A stretch of DNA of 64,000 nt, taken from contig CAWAXX010000013.1 of NCBI GenBank assembly GCA_963786105.1, forward strand, positions 1 through 64,000, written 5' to 3'. The DNA comes from Vulcanimicrobiota bacterium (GTDB lineage Bacteria; Vulcanimicrobiota; Vulcanimicrobiia; Vulcanimicrobiales; Vulcanimicrobiaceae). The notes under the pieces were generated by a model. It was not told the DNA's origin. It was given only the letters and a program-made list of their open reading frames with translations, and did not search any database. Numbering within the stretch: position 1 is the stretch's first letter; the number at the start of each line of letters is the position of its first letter. This document shows, piece after piece, positions 30,843-41,137 of this stretch. The translations under genes and the position numbers were made by a program.

Positions 30843-32489
30843 ATGCAATCCTTGCTTGCGCGCTTCGGACTTGTGGCCGTTGCGATGGTCGCCGCGAGTA
30901 CGCCGGCGCCGGCGGAAACGTCGGCAACGTCGGCGATCGTCGCCCAGACGCCCCCGGTGCCTAAACCGAAGGCGAGCCCGTTCCAGTGGAGCGGGCAGTT
31001 CCGTTCGTACTACTTCACCCGTCAAAACGCGTCGAATAATCCGGGCGCCCAGTTCAACTTCACGCCGGGCGCTAAATACAGCAGCACCGGCGTCAATCAA
31101 GCGACGTGGAACTCGGCAATTTCGCTCCACGGCGAGTACACGTTTCCGGATCTCGGCGGGTTGTTCGTCGGCGGTACGTATCTCTATGCGAATCCGCTGG
31201 ACGGTCCGTGCTCGTTCGCAGCGTCGCACGCGAAGGGTAAACCCTGCGTCAGCCAAGCGCCGCCGAACACCAATCCGGACGACACCTTACCGGGCTTCGC
31301 ACTGAGCACGTTCCCCGAAGCCTACCTCGGATTCCGGAACGCGACGTGGTACGCCAAAGCCGGCGACCAGGTCTTCATTTCGCCGTGGGCGGGACCGGCC
31401 GACACGCGATTGAAGCCGGAAACCTTCCAAGGTGCCGACGTCGCGTACTCGGGGGTGAAAGACTGGACGTTTGAAGCGGCCGACATGATTCAGTTCGAGA
31501 ATCGAACCAGCAACACGTTCCAGAGCAATACGCTGCTGACGAGTTATCCGGCCGGCAACTCCGGCTTGCCGGCGAACATCTACGTTCCGGGCGGCAACTT
31601 CATTCAGACAAACGGATTCTTCTACGGCAAAGCGGGGTACGCGAACGCGCCGGTGGGTCTGTCGCTCAATGGGTACTTTTACAGCGTGAGCGCCCTTATG
31701 AACATGCTGTGGTTCGACGGCAAGTACATCTTCGGCCAAAGCAAGCTCAAGCCGTTCATCGCGATGCAAGGCGGAACGGAAACGAATGCCGGAGCATCGT
31801 ATCTCGGTAAGATCGATAGCCAAGTCATCGGCGCGCAGATCGGCGCGAACGTAACAAAGAACATCCTGCTTACGTTTGGGTTCGATAGCTTGCCGTGGCA
31901 CAACGATACGATCACATTGCCCAAGGGCGTAACGTGCAGCAGCAGCACGAATCAGATTACCGCCAAAGGCGCGACCCTTGCGTACTTCTTACCGTTGGTG
32001 AATAACGGCACCGGACAGTGCTCCAACAACGCCGACGGGACGACGAACGTCTATTACGGCGGTTGGGCGAGCCCGTACACCGATAACTACACGGCCGATC
32101 CGTTCTATACGACGAACGGGTCCCAAGGGATGATCGAGCGTCGCTCGGCCGGCACGTCGGAGCGGCTGGTCGCAACCTTCACGTCGAACAACAATCGCAT
32201 CGTCTTTCTAGCGGCCTACGGATGGCTCAACTACAGCAATGCCGCCGCGCCGAGCGCCAACACCAACGAGTACGATCTCGACGGCATTTACCGCTTCAGC
32301 CAGTACAAGGGCACGGGCCCGTACAAAGGCTTGATGCTTCGCGATCGCTACTTCGTCAGAACGATACAAAACACGTACTGCGGTGCTTCCGATACGACGT
32401 GTCCCACCGGCGCGGCCGTGGGCGCGCAGTTTCTCGGCGGACTGCCGCTGTTCAAGTACAATCGCGCGCAACTCGAATACGACTTCTAA
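30843..32489 (+). CDS. Outer-membrane beta-barrel porin (OprD-like), paralog 2
   Basis: Signal peptide, Pro-rich linker, GQFRSYYFTRQN start of barrel, aromatic beta-strands, C-terminal YNRAQLEYDF. Confidence 0.8.
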   Translation: MQSLLARFGLVAVAMVAASTPAPAETSATSAIVAQTPPVPKPKASPFQWSGQFRSYYFTRQNASNNPGAQFNFTPGAKYSSTGVNQATWNSAISLHGEYTFPDLGGLFVGGTYLYANPLDGPCSFAASHAKGKPCVSQAPPNTNPDDTLPGFALSTFPEAYLGFRNATWYAKAGDQVFISPWAGPADTRLKPETFQGADVAYSGVKDWTFEAADMIQFENRTSNTFQSNTLLTSYPAGNSGLPANIYVPGGNFIQTNGFFYGKAGYANAPVGLSLNGYFYSVSALMNMLWFDGKYIFGQSKLKPFIAMQGGTETNAGASYLGKIDSQVIGAQIGANVTKNILLTFGFDSLPWHNDTITLPKGVTCSSSTNQITAKGATLAYFLPLVNNGTGQCSNNADGTTNVYYGGWASPYTDNYTADPFYTTNGSQGMIERRSAGTSERLVATFTSNNNRIVFLAAYGWLNYSNAAAPSANTNEYDLDGIYRFSQYKGTGPYKGLMLRDRYFVRTIQNTYCGASDTTCPTGAAVGAQFLGGLPLFKYNRAQLEYDF

Positions 32490-32570
32490 CGAGGCCCGGC
32501 GGCGAAATCGGGCTCCCACGAGCAAGACAGCGACGGCCCCGAGTGCAATACTGGGGCCGTCGTGCCTTCC

Positions 32571-33620
32571 ATGAAAGCGCTCTCAAAGCTGGGCTCTCAG
32601 CCCGGTTTTACCTTGACAGACGTGCCGGTGCCGGAGATCGGGCCGACCGACGTGTTGATCCGCGTCGAGAAGGCCGGGGTCTGCGGGACCGATCAACACA
32701 TTTATAGCTGGGATTCCTGGGCGCAGGCTCGGATAAAGCCTCCGCTCGTCGTCGGACACGAGTTCATGGGGACGGTGGCGGCGGTTGGAGGCGCCGTCCA
32801 CTCGGTTCGGATCGGCGATCGCGTTTCTGCTGAGGGCCATATCGCGGACCTGACTTGTCTGCTGTGCCGAACGGGCCAGGCGCATATCTGCGAGCGGGTG
32901 GAAATCATCGGCGTCGACCGCGACGGCGCGTTCGCCGAGTACATCGCCATGCCGGAGTACAATGTCTGGAAACTGGACCCGGCGATTCCGGACGAGTTTG
33001 CTGCGGTCTTCGACCCTCTCGGTAACGCCGTTCACACCGTGATGGCGGCGGGCGTGAGCGTCAAGAGCGTGGTCATCACCGGCGTGGGCTCGATTGGATT
33101 GATGGCCATCCCGGTGGCGCGCGCCGCCGGTGCGGCATCCGTGTACGCCATCGACGTCAATCCGAGCAAACTCGATCTCGCCAAGCGCCTCGGCGCCGAC
33201 GCGACCTTCCTCGCCACCCAGCCGGGACTCGTCGCCGACATCAAAGGCCGTACCAACGGCGACGGCGTGGACGTATTACTCGAAATGTCCGGCAGCGGCG
33301 TGGCGATCGATGCGGGACTGCAAATGGTGCGCAACGGCGGTACCGCGGCGTTGCTCGGGATTCCGGGCGACGCCGTCAACCTCAATCTTGCCGAACGCAT
33401 CATCTTCAAAGGATTGACCGTGCTCGGCATCAACGGTCGCCGCATGTTCGAGACGTGGTATCAGACGCAAGCGCTCGTCAAGAGCGGGCGAGTCGACTTA
33501 CGTTCCATCATTACGCACGTGCTGCCGTACACGCAGTTCGATCGCGCCTTCGAGCTCATGCGAAGCGGCGAAGCAGCCAAAATCGTGCTCGATTTCAAAG
33601 GGGATCTGGCAAAGCCATGA
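32571..33620 (+). CDS. tdh: L-threonine 3-dehydrogenase
   Basis: GVCGTDQHIYSWDSWAQ, GHEFMG, FDPLGNAVHT, GINGRRMFETW; adjacent to kbl. Confidence 0.93.
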   Translation: MKALSKLGSQPGFTLTDVPVPEIGPTDVLIRVEKAGVCGTDQHIYSWDSWAQARIKPPLVVGHEFMGTVAAVGGAVHSVRIGDRVSAEGHIADLTCLLCRTGQAHICERVEIIGVDRDGAFAEYIAMPEYNVWKLDPAIPDEFAAVFDPLGNAVHTVMAAGVSVKSVVITGVGSIGLMAIPVARAAGAASVYAIDVNPSKLDLAKRLGADATFLATQPGLVADIKGRTNGDGVDVLLEMSGSGVAIDAGLQMVRNGGTAALLGIPGDAVNLNLAERIIFKGLTVLGINGRRMFETWYQTQALVKSGRVDLRSIITHVLPYTQFDRAFELMRSGEAAKIVLDFKGDLAKP

Positions 33621-33630
33621 AAGCAAGACC

Positions 33631-34830
33631 ATGAATCAAGCCTTCGAAGCGAAGTTGCGCGGGGATCTCGAATCGCTCAAGCGCGCTGGTACGTACAAGC
33701 ACCTCCGGCACATTACGACGCCGATGGCGTCGGAAGTTCACATGGAAGAAGCCGGCGACGTTATCGTACTGTCGAGCAATAACTACTTGGGGCTCGCCGA
33801 TCAGCCCGAGGTCGTCGAAGCCGGGAAGCGCGGCTTGGATCGATACGGCGCCGGCACGGCTTCCGTGCGCTTCATCTGCGGAACGTTCGACATCCACCGC
33901 ACTCTCGAAGAGCGCGTTGCGGCGTTTTTTGCAACGGAGGCGTCGCTTTCGTACGTGGCGTGTTGGAACGCGAACACGGGACTCTTCGCAACCATCTGCG
34001 ATCAGGGTTCGGCAATCGTCTCGGACGAGCTGAATCATGCCTCGATCATCGACGGCGTTCGCTTGGCGTCGAAGGCGCGGCGCGAACGTTACAAGCACAG
34101 CGACATGCGCGAGTTACGGGAGAAGTTGGAAGCGGTTAAGGACTGTTTTCCGATCGTCGTCGTTACCGACGGCGTCTTCTCGATGGAAGGCGACTTGGCG
34201 AAACTGCCCGAGATCGTAGACCTTGCGAGGGAGTTCGGCACGATCGTGGTAGTCGACGACTCACACGGCACCGGCGTAATGGGGAAGAGCGGACGCGGAA
34301 CGATCGAGCATTATGGCCTCACTGGAAAGGTCGACGTTATTACGGGAACGCTCGGCAAAGCGCTGGGCGGGGCGGCGGGCGGCTTCGTCGCGGGCAGCGC
34401 GGCGTTGATCGACACGTTGATACAGCGGTCGCGTCCGCAGCTGTTTTCGAACGCATTACCCGCAACCGTCGCCTGCAGCGCGCTGGCCGCGATCGACTAT
34501 CTCGATTCGCACCCGGAGTTGGTCGCGAAGTTGCGGGATAACACCGCGTACTTTCGCGCCGGTCTCGAACGGATCGGGTACGACCCGCTGCCCGGCGAGA
34601 GCGCCATCGTCCCCATCATCGTCGGCGAAACGGCGTTTGCGATTACGATGAGCGACGAGCTGCTCAAACGCGGAGTCTTCGTAACCGGGTTTGGATTTCC
34701 GGTCGTCCCGGAAGGAACGGCGCGCATTCGCGTCCAGATCAGCGCAGCGCTCACCAACGACGAGATGGACCGTGCACTGGCCGCCTTCGAAGACGTTGGG
34801 AAAGCCTCCGGAATTCTCGGAAACCGCTAA
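33631..34830 (+). CDS. kbl: 2-amino-3-ketobutyrate CoA ligase (glycine C-acetyltransferase)
   Basis: SNNYLGL, ASVRFICGT, TDGVFSMEGD, VDDSHG, GTLGKALGG. Confidence 0.93.
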   Translation: MNQAFEAKLRGDLESLKRAGTYKHLRHITTPMASEVHMEEAGDVIVLSSNNYLGLADQPEVVEAGKRGLDRYGAGTASVRFICGTFDIHRTLEERVAAFFATEASLSYVACWNANTGLFATICDQGSAIVSDELNHASIIDGVRLASKARRERYKHSDMRELREKLEAVKDCFPIVVVTDGVFSMEGDLAKLPEIVDLAREFGTIVVVDDSHGTGVMGKSGRGTIEHYGLTGKVDVITGTLGKALGGAAGGFVAGSAALIDTLIQRSRPQLFSNALPATVACSALAAIDYLDSHPELVAKLRDNTAYFRAGLERIGYDPLPGESAIVPIIVGETAFAITMSDELLKRGVFVTGFGFPVVPEGTARIRVQISAALTNDEMDRALAAFEDVGKASGILGNR

Positions 34831-34887
34831 ACCTGCGCGGCCGGCGACCGCCGGGTTTCTTTTGCTGCGCGGCGAAAAAAGGCCGGC

Positions 34888-37404
34888 ATGAATCGCGCGT
34901 ACAGACTCTTCATCGCTTTGCTTTTGGTTTCGTCGTTCCGGCCCTATATAGCCGTCGCTCAAACGCCCGCTTCCGCACCGGATGCTCCGGCAAGTTACGA
35001 GACGTTTGCGAAGGGCGCAAAAGTCTTGCCTGGACTCATTTCGGTTCTGCGCAAGGGAGGGAAAGTCTATCTCGTGCTGCTCAAAAGCCAGCTGGGACAA
35101 GACTTCATCGAAACGTCGGTCCCGGCAACCGGCTTGGGTGGTTTCGGGCCGGCACCCGGCGAGCCGTACGTGGCGCCCGCTCGAATCATGCGGTTCGAAC
35201 GCGTCGACGATGCCGTCGTGATGCGCTGGCCGAACACGTTCGCGCGGGTCGACAAAGGCTCGCCGGAAATGATTAGCGCGCAAGCGTCGCTCCCGAGTTC
35301 GGTAGTCGCAGTCGCACCGATCGTGGCCGAGTCGCCCACGTCGGTGGTTATTTCAGCCGCTCCATTTCTCGGCGACGTTGCCGATCTCGGTACGCAATTT
35401 CGAGCGTTGACGAAGAACCCGGCGCACGGATACCGTCTCGACGCATCGCGAACGTTCTTTATCGAAGCGAAAGCGTTTCCTCAGAACACGATGCTGCGGG
35501 TAAGCCAAACGTGGGCCAACGACGCGCCCGACACCATCGACAACGCCCCCGACGCGCGCAGTATCGAAGTCAAGATGACGTATAATATCATCGCCGCACC
35601 CCAGAACGGATACATGCCGCGAATTGCCGATCCTCGCGTCGGATACTTCGAGCAGCCTTTGATCGATTTCCAAAGCGACAAGAACCCGTCGCGCAACGTG
35701 TATTACTTAAGCCGCTGGAATTTCATGCCCGAGCATCCCGGCCTGCCGTCTACGGCGAAAAATCCGCTGATCTTCACGCTGAGCAACGACGTTCCGCTTC
35801 AATACCGGGATACGGTGCGGAGCGCTCTTCTCACGTGGAACGACGCGTTAGCTCGCGTCGGCATCCTCAACGCCGTACAAGTCCTGCAGCAACCGGACGA
35901 CCCAAGTTTCGACGTCGACGACGTCCGGCACAACATGGTCAGCTGGTTCGACGCACCGATCCCGCAATACGGTGCCGAGGCCCTGATCATCACCGATCCA
36001 CGTACGGGCGAAGAAATCAACGCCGGCATCAACGTCGATGCCGTCGTGGGCTTGAGCGGCCGGAACTACCGATACTTCGTGGCGCCCGCTCGCGGCTTAC
36101 CCGATAGCGAGGAGCTGGAGAAAGCGTTCACGCTTCGGCAGATTCGAGCCATCGTGCTGCACGAGTCCGGACACGATCTTGGCTTACAGCACAATTTCAT
36201 CGGCTCGATGGGTTACACCGCCCAGCAGCTCCAAGACCCACAGTTCACGCGCACCCACGGAGTGGCGACGTCGGTCATGGAGTACGCGCCGATCAACGTC
36301 TGGCCGCGCGGCACGAAACAGGGTGGCTACGAACAGCTGGTGCTGGGGCCCTACGACTTTTACGCCGTGCGATTCGGGTACGAGACCGTGCCGAACGCGA
36401 CCACGCCGGAGTCGGAAGTCCCCTCGCTGAACCGCCTAGCGGCGCGGTGGTCCGATCCCACCTACCGTTTTGCTTCCGACGAGGATGTGTTTTTCAACGA
36501 CGGCCATGCCATCGATCCTCGCGTTCAGCAGAACGACTTGACGAGCCACCCGCTTGTGTGGGAACGGACGCAGCTTGCGATGCTCCACGATATTATGAAT
36601 GCCGTCGACCGGCGCTTTCCAAAAAACGGTGAAGCCTACGACGAGGCACGGCGGGCATTCTTGCTGCCGTTACGCTTTTACGTGCGATATGCCGCCATGC
36701 CCGCGCATATCATCGGCGGTGAATACATCTCGCGGGCGAACGCGGGAGACCCCCACGCCGCCACGCCGCTTGCGCCGGTGTCGCGCTCGGACGAGTATCA
36801 GGCGTGGCGCGTTCTTCAAAACTCGCTGTTTTCCGATGCCGCGTGGCGTTTCAGTCCGCGGGTTTTGCGGACCCTGACCTACAGCGAGGTCAGCTCGCTG
36901 GGTCCCGGCGGGACGTGGATTTACGACCCATCGCCTCGGCACGACGTCGACGTGGTCGCCATCGCCGGCACGACGCAAGAGCGAGTGCTCGACGAGTTGT
37001 TCTCGCCGTTGACGCTGGCGCGCATCGACGAGTTATCGACGAAGTATTCTCCGGGAGCGGCGATGACGCTCACGGATCTCTTCGATTGGACGCGGGGCGG
37101 AATCTTCGGCGATATCTCAAACGGCACGGCCGCGCGGGCCGGCGTCGTGCTCCGAAACGCACAGGTAAATTTCGCGAAGCGCCTTGCGAAGTTGTGGACT
37201 TCGCCAGCGCCCGGCACGCCGCCCGACGCCCAGGCGTTAGCGCGCTTACAACTCGAGTACCTGGTCAACGATTCGGCGAGTGCGCTGGGGCGGTCGAAGC
37301 TCGACGAGCTGACTCGCGCGCATCTCGAGGCCCTCGAGGCGTTATCGAAACAGGCTTTGGAAGCGCGAGCGACGATCGCGCCTCCCGCGCAAGCCGGACC
37401 GTAA
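34888..37404 (+). CDS. Secreted zinc-dependent metalloprotease (metzincin; DUF5117/DUF4953-like)
   Basis: Signal peptide; PRIADPRVGYF; HESGHDLGLQHNF zinc motif; SVMEY Met-turn; GPYDFYAVRFGY. Confidence 0.88.
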   Translation: MNRAYRLFIALLLVSSFRPYIAVAQTPASAPDAPASYETFAKGAKVLPGLISVLRKGGKVYLVLLKSQLGQDFIETSVPATGLGGFGPAPGEPYVAPARIMRFERVDDAVVMRWPNTFARVDKGSPEMISAQASLPSSVVAVAPIVAESPTSVVISAAPFLGDVADLGTQFRALTKNPAHGYRLDASRTFFIEAKAFPQNTMLRVSQTWANDAPDTIDNAPDARSIEVKMTYNIIAAPQNGYMPRIADPRVGYFEQPLIDFQSDKNPSRNVYYLSRWNFMPEHPGLPSTAKNPLIFTLSNDVPLQYRDTVRSALLTWNDALARVGILNAVQVLQQPDDPSFDVDDVRHNMVSWFDAPIPQYGAEALIITDPRTGEEINAGINVDAVVGLSGRNYRYFVAPARGLPDSEELEKAFTLRQIRAIVLHESGHDLGLQHNFIGSMGYTAQQLQDPQFTRTHGVATSVMEYAPINVWPRGTKQGGYEQLVLGPYDFYAVRFGYETVPNATTPESEVPSLNRLAARWSDPTYRFASDEDVFFNDGHAIDPRVQQNDLTSHPLVWERTQLAMLHDIMNAVDRRFPKNGEAYDEARRAFLLPLRFYVRYAAMPAHIIGGEYISRANAGDPHAATPLAPVSRSDEYQAWRVLQNSLFSDAAWRFSPRVLRTLTYSEVSSLGPGGTWIYDPSPRHDVDVVAIAGTTQERVLDELFSPLTLARIDELSTKYSPGAAMTLTDLFDWTRGGIFGDISNGTAARAGVVLRNAQVNFAKRLAKLWTSPAPGTPPDAQALARLQLEYLVNDSASALGRSKLDELTRAHLEALEALSKQALEARATIAPPAQAGP

Positions 37405-37408
37405 CGGA

Positions 37409-38098
37409 TCATGGCTCCTCGGCAACTCTCCAGGTGACTTGGCGAACGTCGGGCCGGTCTGAAAGGTGCGACGCTAGCTTTTGAACGGCGCTGTCGTCGC
37501 GATGGAGCGATACGACCTCCGCGCGGATGTCTTCGCCCTCCTCGGTCGTTTCGGTCGAGATGGCGTGCAGGTTCAAGGGCGAGGCGTTGACGGCTTGGAC
37601 CACCAGCGCGCGTACGTCTGCCGGCGACAGGTCGTTGACGACGATGCGGAGGCGATAAGTCGTTTTACCGCGTCGCTCCTGATAGGCGACGGCTCGATCG
37701 TCGATGATGGCTACCAGCGGTTGCATCAGCAGATTGATAGCGATCATGGCTCCTGCGCCCATAACGGCATCGGCGTAGAGGCCGACGCCGGCAAGCGCAC
37801 CGACTGCGGCACAAGCCCAAATCGTTGCCGCGGTATTGAGTCCGCTGACGTTGGTGCCTTCTTTGAGAATAACGCCTCCCGCCAGGAAGCCTACGCCCGA
37901 GACGATGTTTGCGAGGATTCGCGTCGAGTTGGCACCGGCGTAGGCCGTGTCGAGCAGCGCAAAGAGGGTTGCGCCGGTGGTCACGAGGGCGCTCGTTTGC
38001 AGGCCGGCGGCGCGTTGGCGCCACTGGCGTTCGAAGCCGATTGCCGAACCGAGCAAAGCGCCGACGAGCAACCGCAACGCGAAGGTCGTGATGGTCAT
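37409..38098 (-). CDS. mgtC: MgtC/SapB family membrane protein with C-terminal ACT-like domain
   Basis: IGFERQWRQRAAGLQT, IVSGVGFLAGGVI, GLNTAATIW. Confidence 0.88.
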   Translation of the reverse strand: MTITTFALRLLVGALLGSAIGFERQWRQRAAGLQTSALVTTGATLFALLDTAYAGANSTRILANIVSGVGFLAGGVILKEGTNVSGLNTAATIWACAAVGALAGVGLYADAVMGAGAMIAINLLMQPLVAIIDDRAVAYQERRGKTTYRLRIVVNDLSPADVRALVVQAVNASPLNLHAISTETTEEGEDIRAEVVSLHRDDSAVQKLASHLSDRPDVRQVTWRVAEEP

Positions 38099-38718
38099 TT
38101 TATCATGTGTTCCGTCACCCGGATTGCAAAAATAACGATCTGGATACTCAGCGCCACTTGCAAGACGAGCAGAACCACGCCCAGCAGCGCGAGCGGGAGC
38201 CACAGTACGGTGATCAGCGGTTTGGCAAAAAGCATGACGAGGTAATCGATGACGATCACCGCGGTGATGCAACCGAGGATCTGCCAGCGAGCATCGGGTC
38301 CCAGCGCCAGTAAGGTGATCGCGATTGCGAGCCCGGCCGGCGTCACGATGTTGGGGAAAGCCAGCGGAAAGATTGCCATCGCCAGAGTCGGAGTCGGAGC
38401 GTCGGCCGGGGGCTGCGTATCGTACAAAGCGATTAAATCGCGGAGCGCTACCACGAAGAGCAGGATGCCGGCCGTAAACGCGATCGCGGGCACACTGACC
38501 TGCCACCTTCCCATGAGCGCCGAACCCAGCACGGCGCTGACCACTGCCGCGATCAGAGCAGTAACGAACGTTCGCGTGGCCAGTTGCGTCCGGAACGAGG
38601 CCTCCGAGTTGCGGGTCAGCTGCGCGAACGAGCGGAGCACCGTAAACGGTCCCAGCGTGATGAAGAGAAAGATGAAGATCTCGCCGAGTCCGAGATTTCC
38701 GTTAAACGTAGGTATCAT
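38095..38718 (-). CDS. MarC family membrane protein
   Basis: LFITLGP, AIFPLAFPNIVTPAG; about six TM segments. Confidence 0.85.
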   Translation of the reverse strand: MIPTFNGNLGLGEIFIFLFITLGPFTVLRSFAQLTRNSEASFRTQLATRTFVTALIAAVVSAVLGSALMGRWQVSVPAIAFTAGILLFVVALRDLIALYDTQPPADAPTPTLAMAIFPLAFPNIVTPAGLAIAITLLALGPDARWQILGCITAVIVIDYLVMLFAKPLITVLWLPLALLGVVLLVLQVALSIQIVIFAIRVTEHMIK

Positions 38719-38810
38719 CCGGCCGCGCTCCCCTACCTCAATGGGCTCTCGGCGATTAGTGCGACGGATTCCCTACGGCGCCTGCTCGATTAGTCTGCCC
38801 TTACGTAGCG

Positions 38811-39080
38811 TTACGTCAGGGCTTCGTGCCAGTCGCGAACGTACCAGTTCGCAACGACGCCGTTGATGACGAATGGATCGCCCTGGGCAAATTCTCGCGC
38901 CGCCTCGCGCGTCGTGAAGATGGCCATCGCGCCTTCCTCAGGCTTGCCGAACGGCCCGACCATCAAGAGCGTGCCCCGCGAGAAGAACTCTTGCCATCGA
39001 GCGCGATGAGCCGCCACGTGTAGCGCCGCCTGCGAGAGCACGTCGTCGTTCGATGACTCGTAGAATAGCACGTACTTCAC
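38811..39080 (-). CDS. YciI family protein
   Basis: AHRARW..GTLLMVGPF..GAMAIF..DPFVINGVV..W; GGAGG RBS. Confidence 0.88.
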   Translation of the reverse strand: MKYVLFYESSNDDVLSQAALHVAAHRARWQEFFSRGTLLMVGPFGKPEEGAMAIFTTREAAREFAQGDPFVINGVVANWYVRDWHEALT

Positions 39081-39165
39081 GTTCGTCCGGTTCCTCCGTC
39101 TGGTGCGATGAACGGTTCGGTAAATGCCGGCAAGGCATCCCGTTGGTTTATGCGAAGCTGAGGCC

Positions 39166-39843
39166 ATGAAGGTCCTGCCGTCCTCGCACGCTGTCAGAAA
39201 TTGGATGGAGACCGTCGCCATCGTGGCGGCCGGCGTATGGGCGTTCTACATTTTTATTTACACGGATCGCATCAAACCGCAGCAGGAGCCGCCGCGGGGG
39301 CTCGTCGCCCTGTCGATGGAACGCGCTGGCAGTAACGGGGACTTCATTGCGGTGCGCGTGAGTGCGCGCCTTCAAAACATCGGTGCGCCGCGCGTGCGGA
39401 TCCTTTCGGTCGAATATCGCATCGACGGTGCCCGGATCGAGGCGACGAGCCACGGCGGCAAACCTTCGGCGACGTTTTCCGGCGATTCGTGGGTGTATCG
39501 AGCGGACTACACCTATGCGTCGATGCGCCCCGTGTATGCGCGGCTCGACATGTACTCCGGGACGCGCCCTGGTGTTTCTTCGTACAACTACATCAATTCG
39601 GGCGGCATTTACGAGGATCACTTCGTCATTTACGCGCGCAAGGGCCGGTTCGACGTGCTGCGCGGCATGATGCACGTTTACTATACGAAACAGGACGCAC
39701 GCAGTATACCCTTTGCCGTCGTTCGAAACGCCGATGGGATGAAAGAAGCAATTCCGAGGCAGCCAGAAGACTGCGGGATCGAAGAGACCGATCGTTGTCC
39801 CGCGAGCAGCTCGCTTTCGGATGCCGAGCTTCCATTGTGGTGA
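39166..39843 (+). CDS. Hypothetical protein with N-terminal TM helix
   Basis: TVAIVAAGVWAFYIFIY followed by a beta-rich soluble domain; converges on the tRNA-fMet terminator. Confidence 0.7.
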   Translation: MKVLPSSHAVRNWMETVAIVAAGVWAFYIFIYTDRIKPQQEPPRGLVALSMERAGSNGDFIAVRVSARLQNIGAPRVRILSVEYRIDGARIEATSHGGKPSATFSGDSWVYRADYTYASMRPVYARLDMYSGTRPGVSSYNYINSGGIYEDHFVIYARKGRFDVLRGMMHVYYTKQDARSIPFAVVRNADGMKEAIPRQPEDCGIEETDRCPASSSLSDAELPLW

Positions 39844-39845
39844 GC

Positions 39846-39884
39846 GAAAAAAATAAGCAGGTTCGAAAAACGCTTCGAACCTGC
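39846..39884 (-). terminator. Intrinsic terminator downstream of tRNA-fMet
   Basis: 11-bp stem GCAGGTTCGAA/TTCGAACCTGC followed by TTATTTTTTT on the minus strand. Confidence 0.75.
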
Positions 39885-39890
39885 CTGAAT

Positions 39891-39967
<77 letters not shown>

Positions 39968-40063
39968 GCGAGAACAACCCTAATACGACGGCTAGGGTTG
40001 CGCCCCTTTACCTGGCGGGACCGTAGCACGGGTCCGCGCCGGCGACAACGAATGCGAGCGGAC

Positions 40064-41137
40064 ATGGCGTTGGCGCGCGCGATCCCGAAGGTCCATCTCC
40101 ACTGCCACCTCGAGGGAAGCCTTCGCGGTTCGACTTTCGTCGAGCTTGCCGACAAGCATGGCGTCGCGCTGCGCTACCGTTCCGAGGGCCGGGAGACCGG
40201 CGCATTTACCGGCGAGCCGAGCGAGCTGGTCGATCGCGCCGATCCCTATCGCTTTCGCGATTTTCGAGAGTTCTTGCTGGCATTTGCGGCCGTGAGCCGG
40301 ACCCTGGCCGAACCGGGCGATTACGCGCGGCTGGCGCGCGAGTTTGTCGAGGACGCGTTGGCGCAAAACGTCATGTACGGAGAGCTCTTCGTTTCTCCTT
40401 CGGTGTGGACGTTTTTTCATCGATCGCTCGACGTGGACGCGGCCTTCGCCGCAATCGTCACCGAACTGAGAGCCGCGCGTCCGCATGCGGAGTTCAAGCT
40501 CATCGTGGATTTGACTCGAAACTTCGGCGACTCCAATGCGATGCGCACGGCGAAACTCGCGACGTCGCTGACCGATCTCGACGTGATCGGTATCGGATTA
40601 GGGGGAGACGAGGCGCGATTCCCAGCCGAACTCTTTGTTGACGCGTTCGCCTACGCACGGGCCGCCGGACTGCACTGCGTCGCCCATGCGGGCGAGGCCG
40701 CCGGCTCCGAGAGCGTCAATGCCGCCGTTGCGCACCTGCGCGCGGAACGCATTGGCCACGGCATCGCCGCGTTGCGCGACCCGTCCGTGGTCGAACTGCT
40801 CGCCAACGAGCGCATCCCGCTCGAAATTTGCCCGACGTCAAACCGGATCACCGGCATCGCCGCGCCGGACGATCGCGCCGCCTTCCTGGAGTTCGACCGC
40901 GCCGGATGCATCGTCACCATCGATGCCGACGACCCCGCGATGTTTCGTACGTCGATCGAAGCCGAGTATGCCATCGTCGAGCGCCTTGCCGGTGCCGATA
41001 CCCTCACGCGGTACGTGCGCAACGCGATCGATGCGAGTTTTGCCGAACCGCTACGCAAGCAGGCAATGCGGGATCGTCTGGCCACGGAACTCGAAGCCGT
41101 GCGTCGAAGCAAGGGTACCTCGCATGTCGGGCCATAG
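40064..41137 (+). CDS. add: Adenosine/adenine deaminase
   Basis: PKVHLHCHLEG, GLGGDE, AHAGE, ERIGHG, EICPTSN, DADDP. Confidence 0.92.
   Translation: MALARAIPKVHLHCHLEGSLRGSTFVELADKHGVALRYRSEGRETGAFTGEPSELVDRADPYRFRDFREFLLAFAAVSRTLAEPGDYARLAREFVEDALAQNVMYGELFVSPSVWTFFHRSLDVDAAFAAIVTELRAARPHAEFKLIVDLTRNFGDSNAMRTAKLATSLTDLDVIGIGLGGDEARFPAELFVDAFAYARAAGLHCVAHAGEAAGSESVNAAVAHLRAERIGHGIAALRDPSVVELLANERIPLEICPTSNRITGIAAPDDRAAFLEFDRAGCIVTIDADDPAMFRTSIEAEYAIVERLAGADTLTRYVRNAIDASFAEPLRKQAMRDRLATELEAVRRSKGTSHVGP

Noticed and set aside
37409..39890. Genomic island integrated at tRNA-fMet (mgtC, marC, yciI, hypothetical)
   Set aside because: I found no duplicated tRNA 3' end and no integrase in the window.
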